Positions 59,901 through 64,000 of a stretch of 64,000 bases of DNA are shown in pieces (position 1 is the first letter of the stretch; every line of letters starts with the position of its first letter). This stretch comes from an uncultured Porphyromonadaceae bacterium (lineage in GTDB: Bacteria; Bacteroidota; Bacteroidia; Bacteroidales; Muribaculaceae): positions 2,610 through 66,609 of the forward strand of contig URSD01000010.1 of the NCBI GenBank assembly GCA_900550395.1, written 5' to 3'. Both the position numbers and the translations under genes were made by a program. The notes under the pieces were generated by a model. The model had not been told where the DNA came from. It was given only the letters and a program-made list of their open reading frames with translations, and did not search any database.

Positions 59901-61375
59901 ACCGCATCACGAGTGCCCGCGATCGCATCGCCTTCGTGCAGAAGAAGTTCATGGAGGCCTATGGCGAGGAGTCGATATTTATGGTGCCGGTGCTGACTTC
60001 GCTGGCCAATATCGAGCTGCAATGCTGGAACTCGGCGGACGCAGCGGCTTTGCTGAAACGCGCCGCCGACATTCAGTTGGCTACCTATGGCGCGGACAGC
60101 CCCATGATGTGCGGACTGTATTCCACCATGGCTCAGGCTGCAATGAATATGGCGCAGTACGATGAGGCGAAGCGTCTCTATCAGCTCGCGCTCGACATCG
60201 CGGAGAAGAATTACGGCACTACCAATATTGCATGCCTTGGTCCGCTGCAGGGTCTTGCCACCTTGAGCTCCTTCACTGAGCCCCGTACCGAACATGCGCG
60301 CTCGCTGCTGAGCCGTGCCGACCTTATTTCTTCATCCGCCTATGGCTCGCGCAGCTTCACAACGGCGTCGATAGGCGTACAGACGGCCAATCTCGACATG
60401 CGCGACGGACGCTTCGACGATGCTTTGCGCCACTTCAGAACCTTCAGTGAATGCGTGGCCGGCATCATGAAAGGCGTGAACGGCCGTCACGGCTCGGAGG
60501 CCGACGCAGCCGGCAACTTCGCACAATATTATCTCGCTCTTTCCGGGCAGGCGCAGATGCGCGGCGACACAACTGCACAGCGCAGCAATGCCGAACGGGC
60601 GCGGGCTTACTGCCGCGAGGCTCTTCAGGTTTGCGATTCGGTGTACGGAAGCCGCAGCGTACGCCGCAAACCGTATCTTGAGATGCTTTCGCAGACTTAC
60701 TTGGGAGCCGGTCAGCCTGACTCCGCGAGTGTATATTACCTCGAATCTGTCGATATAGTCATATCAAATTTCGGTGATGACAACCCGATGCTTGCCAACT
60801 CCTACAAGACGCTCGGCGACATAAGTGAATACGAGGCGACGAAGCAGGCCGACCCTGATCGATTGTCTGAGGCTCTGGAGTATTACCGTAAGGCCATTGC
60901 CGTGGTTGAGCGTACCATGGCTGCCGACCCGGTGCTGGTGCGCCTCTCCACCGTGGATTATCGCTTCGCGGCCGCACGTGTGAGCCTGAGCATGGGCGAA
61001 AAGGAGCAGTCGCTGGCCTATCTTGACGGCATTATCGCCGATCTGGAGGGCCTTGACGACGAGGCGCGGCAGGCGTTGCGCGGCAAGCTGTTCAATACCT
61101 ATATCGCCAAGGCGCAGGCGCTGGGAACTGATGCAGATTATGCTCATGCCGCTGAGCTTATGATGCCGGTGCTTGCCAAAGCGCAGGAGTTGGCCGATAC
61201 GCCTGCGGCGGTTGCCAACGTGCAGTTCATGCTCGGAATGGCGCACCGCCATCTGGGCCACCGTGAGGAGGCTCTGGAACTGTTGCAGCCGGCGCTCGAC
61301 TTCTACAAACGTTTCCCCGGCACCGACGAAATCTGCAAGAGCATCCGCAACGCAATTTCTGAATTGAGTTTATAG
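56954..61375 (+). CDS. Exported 1473-aa tetratricopeptide-repeat protein
   Basis: Signal peptide MKKILSLIIILCFMAVAFGQ; coiled coil; many ~42-aa kinesin-light-chain-type TPRs (LGDEHPSYA, YGAGSP, FGKNQPNT, YGADSP, FGDDNP). Confidence 0.88.
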   Translation: MKKILSLIIILCFMAVAFGQVRTKVQKGIVRTQSFTNKPSRRIVGAVVVLDGEGANPAESRSLPEEGYFELSLDKLKGNKGIYSIESVTGPKGTRYKLLYPTPGQLLQFTPDASLVIIMQSREELRQYEAYVRENALRDANARHERELAALEERYRRGQIDSIAMQRQVEELQQKLDDFEDLIAEYLYKTIRNLDFESLNEQHRAVLMAMEQGDYARADSLLALRSDEERWESFTSAREDYTKKKEAYDDSRKNFEQTREITINELNQMVLSALNQFDYDRALDRMQERLRYEPDNVDFLCDLGRLLHVRFTDYRRARDCFGRAIHAADSIGGTDNLTLARCHIHMGDALREMCEYAGAIEHYTRGSELLRGDGSPEAQSLVYDALIGTGSSHVGNGDYRGGKPFMTRCAADGVRAVNPKAYWQGRLGLAVIMYAHGDYRGARAALEAVLGAIASDPAIDIETKKDAYCSLIACLNNVGEYGRASQLCDEAMAAITAQSSPNSCHVASLMLSRAETDMGRGDIAALEADVRRASYIYRDILGDEHPSYAMACANMSAMHMLTGHPDDARDAAENACRLLARRFGPLHPGSLPGHYARMNYYSSVADYRSAAAQLDTIGMIYERNGIASDYQRAQQSAARAQLDMAMGQTRDAVKSFEEAIRCTVSTIGPDALGLMAYYNSMAGALLMDMKPDEALRYLDKAQAIADKIYGAGSPQSVMQRANMCEYYDAKGNRAASLHAASEALNAGIGLYGSQSYLLNGLYSRLGDCYLNDYDFAHAQECFQKAYDLMAAVYGEDSFLTADALTKLGAYYMNIGDMKRGLELEERALALLEAEFGKNQPNTLTALLGVCNAKISMGRYDDAELDALRLEAATARAWGKESIRYAYALQAVGNIHEARSEYGDAIAAHRQALAIIDRVMGARSANSVQGYNKLSGLYSLLCDFRESERYNALATEICAEQYGKDNPAYWQQLLLNAMQDANLHRITSARDRIAFVQKKFMEAYGEESIFMVPVLTSLANIELQCWNSADAAALLKRAADIQLATYGADSPMMCGLYSTMAQAAMNMAQYDEAKRLYQLALDIAEKNYGTTNIACLGPLQGLATLSSFTEPRTEHARSLLSRADLISSSAYGSRSFTTASIGVQTANLDMRDGRFDDALRHFRTFSECVAGIMKGVNGRHGSEADAAGNFAQYYLALSGQAQMRGDTTAQRSNAERARAYCREALQVCDSVYGSRSVRRKPYLEMLSQTYLGAGQPDSASVYYLESVDIVISNFGDDNPMLANSYKTLGDISEYEATKQADPDRLSEALEYYRKAIAVVERTMAADPVLVRLSTVDYRFAAARVSLSMGEKEQSLAYLDGIIADLEGLDDEARQALRGKLFNTYIAKAQALGTDADYAHAAELMMPVLAKAQELADTPAAVANVQFMLGMAHRHLGHREEALELLQPALDFYKRFPGTDEICKSIRNAISELSL

Positions 61376-61616
61376 TTGAGAGTTTATTGGTAAGAGGGGG
61401 CTCTGCGCAGTTAGGAGTGGGGAGTTAGGAGTGGGGAGTTAGGAGTGGGGAGTGAGGAGTGGGGAGTGAGGAGTGGGCCGCCCCACATAGCTTCCTCTTC
61501 TTCGGTTTATATGTGGGGACTACTCCTCACTCCCCACTGCGCGAAGCGCAATCTAACTCCTCACTGCGGCCTGCGGCCGCCCCGTCCTCTTCCCTATACA
61601 CTATCAACTATAAACT
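61367..61616. repeat. 250-bp palindromic element: 31-bp inverted ends, heptamer arrays, central stem-loop
   Basis: Ends match 27/31; (GGAGT[TG][AG])n array opposite ACTCCTC/ACTCCCC; central CCCCACATA/TATGTGGGG. Confidence 0.8.
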
Positions 61617-61617
61617 T

Positions 61618-61659
61618 AAAAAAAGAAACCCGCCGGGGATGCCGGCGGGCTTCTTTTTT
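61618..61659. terminator. Bidirectional terminator between TPR and ompA genes
   Basis: A7-GAAACCCGCCGG/CCGGCGGGCTTC-T6. Confidence 0.85.
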
Positions 61660-61671
61660 AGAAAAATTGAA

Positions 61672-62877
61672 TTACTTTTCAACGATGACAGCGCAACGGT
61701 CGAGGCTTACGAGAGCTTCGTTGTCGCCGTGGAGGTTGCCCTGTACGGGAACAGCGGTAACCTGGTCGGCGCTTACACCGCGGCTTACGAGCTGCTTAAC
61801 GACGTTCTCGGAACGCTGTTTGCGCAGACGGTTGTTGATGGCGTCGCTGCCGGTGTAGTTGTCGGCATAACCCTTGACGTCATACTTCTTGGAGGTGTCG
61901 GCCTTGAGGACGTCGGCAACGGCGTTGACGATGTTCTTGTCCTCGCGGGTGAGGCGGCTTACACCGATGGGGAAGTAGATGGTGGCGAGAGCCTCGGGCT
62001 CTGCTTCGATGACTTCGGGCTTGCGGTTGAGGCAGTCCTGGAGCTGACGCTCGAGGTCGGCTACGCGTGCTTCAGCAGCGGAGAGACGGGCGCGGAGTGC
62101 GTCGCAGTTCTCTGCGGGCGGGCATACGGGAACGATAGGAGCGTTCCATGTGGTCTTGCCGAGGTTGAAGGTTACGCCGAGGTAAGCGTTGAGGCTGCTG
62201 AAGATCTTGTCGCCGCCGGTGTATTCTGCATGGCCGTCCATGGCGGTCCAGCGCAGGTCGAGGCTGAGGGCTACGCGCTTGCTTACATTGAAGCTGTTGA
62301 TAAGGCCTACACGACCGAAGAAGTTGGTGTCGTGGAGGTTCTGCCATGTGTGCTTGCCGTTCTTGTCGTAGGTGTTGCCGAATGTCCAGTAAACACCGCC
62401 GCCAACGTAGAGGATGGCGTTGTAGACACGGTTGGGCTTGTAGCCGCACCACCAGTTGGTGAGGTTGAGCATTACGTCAGCGCCCGGGCCTACCTGATTG
62501 TAGCGAACTTTGTTGTACTTGCCGTGGTAGAGGTTTTCGTCCTGAAGCCAGCCTGCAACGGGGCCGTTGGTGATGCCCTTGTTCTGCATCCAGCTTGCAC
62601 CGGCGCGGAGAGCGATTACGGGCGAGAACCACTTGCCGATGTAGATGTCGGCTGCGGGAGCGAAGCGGTCGAAGAACTTACGGTGCGAGTCGTATTTCGA
62701 GAAATACACACCGGCGCCACCGTCGAGAGTGATGAACCAGTTGTTGTCGAACTTGTTCAGCAGGTAACCCTGTGAGGGATCCTCAACATAGGTTACTTCC
62801 TGTGCCGACTCCTGGGCCATGAGCGACTGACCCATGAAAAGGGCGCAGGCGCATGCAAGGAAAGTAGTTTTTTTCAT
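61672..62877 (-). CDS. OmpA-family outer membrane protein (Omp40/41-like)
   Basis: DNNWFITL, GKWFSP, coiled coil, GYADNYTGS..IN.RL...RS OmpA_C motif. Confidence 0.92.
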   Translation of the reverse strand: MKKTTFLACACALFMGQSLMAQESAQEVTYVEDPSQGYLLNKFDNNWFITLDGGAGVYFSKYDSHRKFFDRFAPAADIYIGKWFSPVIALRAGASWMQNKGITNGPVAGWLQDENLYHGKYNKVRYNQVGPGADVMLNLTNWWCGYKPNRVYNAILYVGGGVYWTFGNTYDKNGKHTWQNLHDTNFFGRVGLINSFNVSKRVALSLDLRWTAMDGHAEYTGGDKIFSSLNAYLGVTFNLGKTTWNAPIVPVCPPAENCDALRARLSAAEARVADLERQLQDCLNRKPEVIEAEPEALATIYFPIGVSRLTREDKNIVNAVADVLKADTSKKYDVKGYADNYTGSDAINNRLRKQRSENVVKQLVSRGVSADQVTAVPVQGNLHGDNEALVSLDRCAVIVEK

Positions 62878-63037
62878 AAAATTAAATAACTAATATTAGT
62901 GTGTTGTTGGATGTGCTGTATACGTAATCGGGTGCTAAATTAGTAATTATTTTTTAAAAAGGTGGCCTTTTAGTGAAAAAATTCTTAATTATAGCGCGAT
63001 TTAGGACTGTTTTTTGTCGCTTTTGGTTCTTTTTGGG

Positions 63038-63070
63038 GCGTTGCCGTGGCAAATGGCGCCACGGCAACGC
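63038..63070 (-). terminator. Stem-loop after tkt
   Basis: GCGTTGCCGTGGC/GCCACGGCAACGC 13-bp perfect stem; no U tract on minus strand. Confidence 0.45.
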
Positions 63071-63083
63071 GCAAAAAGCGTTA

Positions 63084-64000
63084 TCAGTTCTGCAGGTCGT
63101 AGAGCTTGCGTCCGAGGTATTCAGCGACAACGGTGAGGATGTTCTGTGCCGTGAAGCCGAATTTCTCGTCGAGCACCTTGTAGGGGGCGGAAGCGCCGAA
63201 GCGTTCGAGGCCGAACACCTTGCCGGTGAAGCCGTCGATCATCTTGAGCGATGCGGGCAGGCCGGCTGTGAGGCCGAACTGTTTCACTCCTTCGGGCAGC
63301 ACGCTGGCGCGGTAGTCGGCGGGCTGGTCGTTGAAGAGGCCCACGCTTGGCATCGACACCACGCTGGCGCTGATGCCTGCGGCGTCGAGCAGCACGGCCA
63401 CCTCGCAGAGCAGACTCACTTCCGAGCCGTTGGCCACGAGCACCACGTCGGGCTTCTCGGCCTTGATGACGGTGTAGCCGCCGCGCAGCGCGCCAAGGGC
63501 TGCCGTGTAGCGGTCCTGGCCTTCGGGTGCGGGCAGGTCGGGGATGTCCTGGCGCGAGAGTATCAGTGCGGTGGGCGTGTCGTGGTTGTTCATAGCCATC
63601 ATCCATGCCACGCTGGTCTCGGCGGCGTCGGCGGGACGCAGCGCCAGCAGCGAGGGCTTGCCGCTGAAGTTGCGTATCTGCTCCATCAGGCGTATCTGGG
63701 CCTCCTGTTCCACGGGTTCGTGGGTCGGTCCGTCCTCGCCCACGCGGAATGCGTCGTGCGTCCAGATGTATTTCACGGGCAGCTCCATGAGGGCGGCCAG
63801 GCGCACGGCGGGCTTCATGTAGTCGGAGAATACGAAGAATGTGCCGCATGCCTCCTCGCAGCCTCCGTGGAGGGCGATGCCGTTCATGACGCAGGCCAGC
63901 GTGAGCTCGGCCACGCCTGCCTGCAGGAAGGCGCCGCTGAAGTCGCCGCGGGTCAGCGCGTGGGTCTTCTTGAGGAAGCCGTCGGTCTTGTCGCTGTTGG
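63084..64000 (-). CDS. tkt: Transketolase, C-terminal part (runs off window)
   Basis: GTFFVFSDYMKPA, THD...GEDGPTHEPVEQ, RPADAAET, FGASAP. Confidence 0.95.
   Translation of the reverse strand, partial: NSDKTDGFLKKTHALTRGDFSGAFLQAGVAELTLACVMNGIALHGGCEEACGTFFVFSDYMKPAVRLAALMELPVKYIWTHDAFRVGEDGPTHEPVEQEAQIRLMEQIRNFSGKPSLLALRPADAAETSVAWMMAMNNHDTPTALILSRQDIPDLPAPEGQDRYTAALGALRGGYTVIKAEKPDVVLVANGSEVSLLCEVAVLLDAAGISASVVSMPSVGLFNDQPADYRASVLPEGVKQFGLTAGLPASLKMIDGFTGKVFGLERFGASAPYKVLDEKFGFTAQNILTVVAEYLGRKLYDLQN

Noticed and set aside
61411..61475. CRISPR array or cassette array
   Set aside because: Contiguous 7-bp tandem units with no unique spacers and no cas genes

Overview
Chromosomal segment of a GC-rich Bacteroidales bacterium, most consistent with Muribaculaceae (inferred from TAnnTTTG promoters, PorU/T9SS and Bacteroidales gene order). 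It is mostly housekeeping genes: nusA (partial), rimP, greA, menG/ubiE, serA, serC, ruvB, yidC, pyrG, ribE, menA, gpsA, lysS, rnhA, recO, hflX, porU, recQ, recJ, a btuH-like/btuFCD cobalamin module, two OmpA genes and a partial tkt. These are interrupted by AT-richer accessory genes (a T9SS cargo protein, a BACON-Omp28 plus fimbrillin-LRR lipoprotein pair, DUF1848, Fic). Highlights: (1) two diverged copies of a ~255-nt structured leader RNA (18331-18584 +, 32662-32919 -) with compensatory changes and a terminator/alternative-helix switch, each heading an accessory surface-protein cassette; (2) a TIR-TM-ectodomain gene coupled to a 1473-aa exported TPR gene; (3) two copies of a 359-bp MITE with 33-bp TIRs and mirror-image hairpins; (4) a 340-bp insert flanked by a 65-bp direct repeat at the pyrG promoter; (5) a dispersed ~30-bp intergenic repeat family; (6) two candidate sRNAs; (7) several apparently catalytically dead enzyme homologues. 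No rRNA, tRNA, CRISPR array or transposase was seen. All calls are by-eye motif recognition; no database searches were run.
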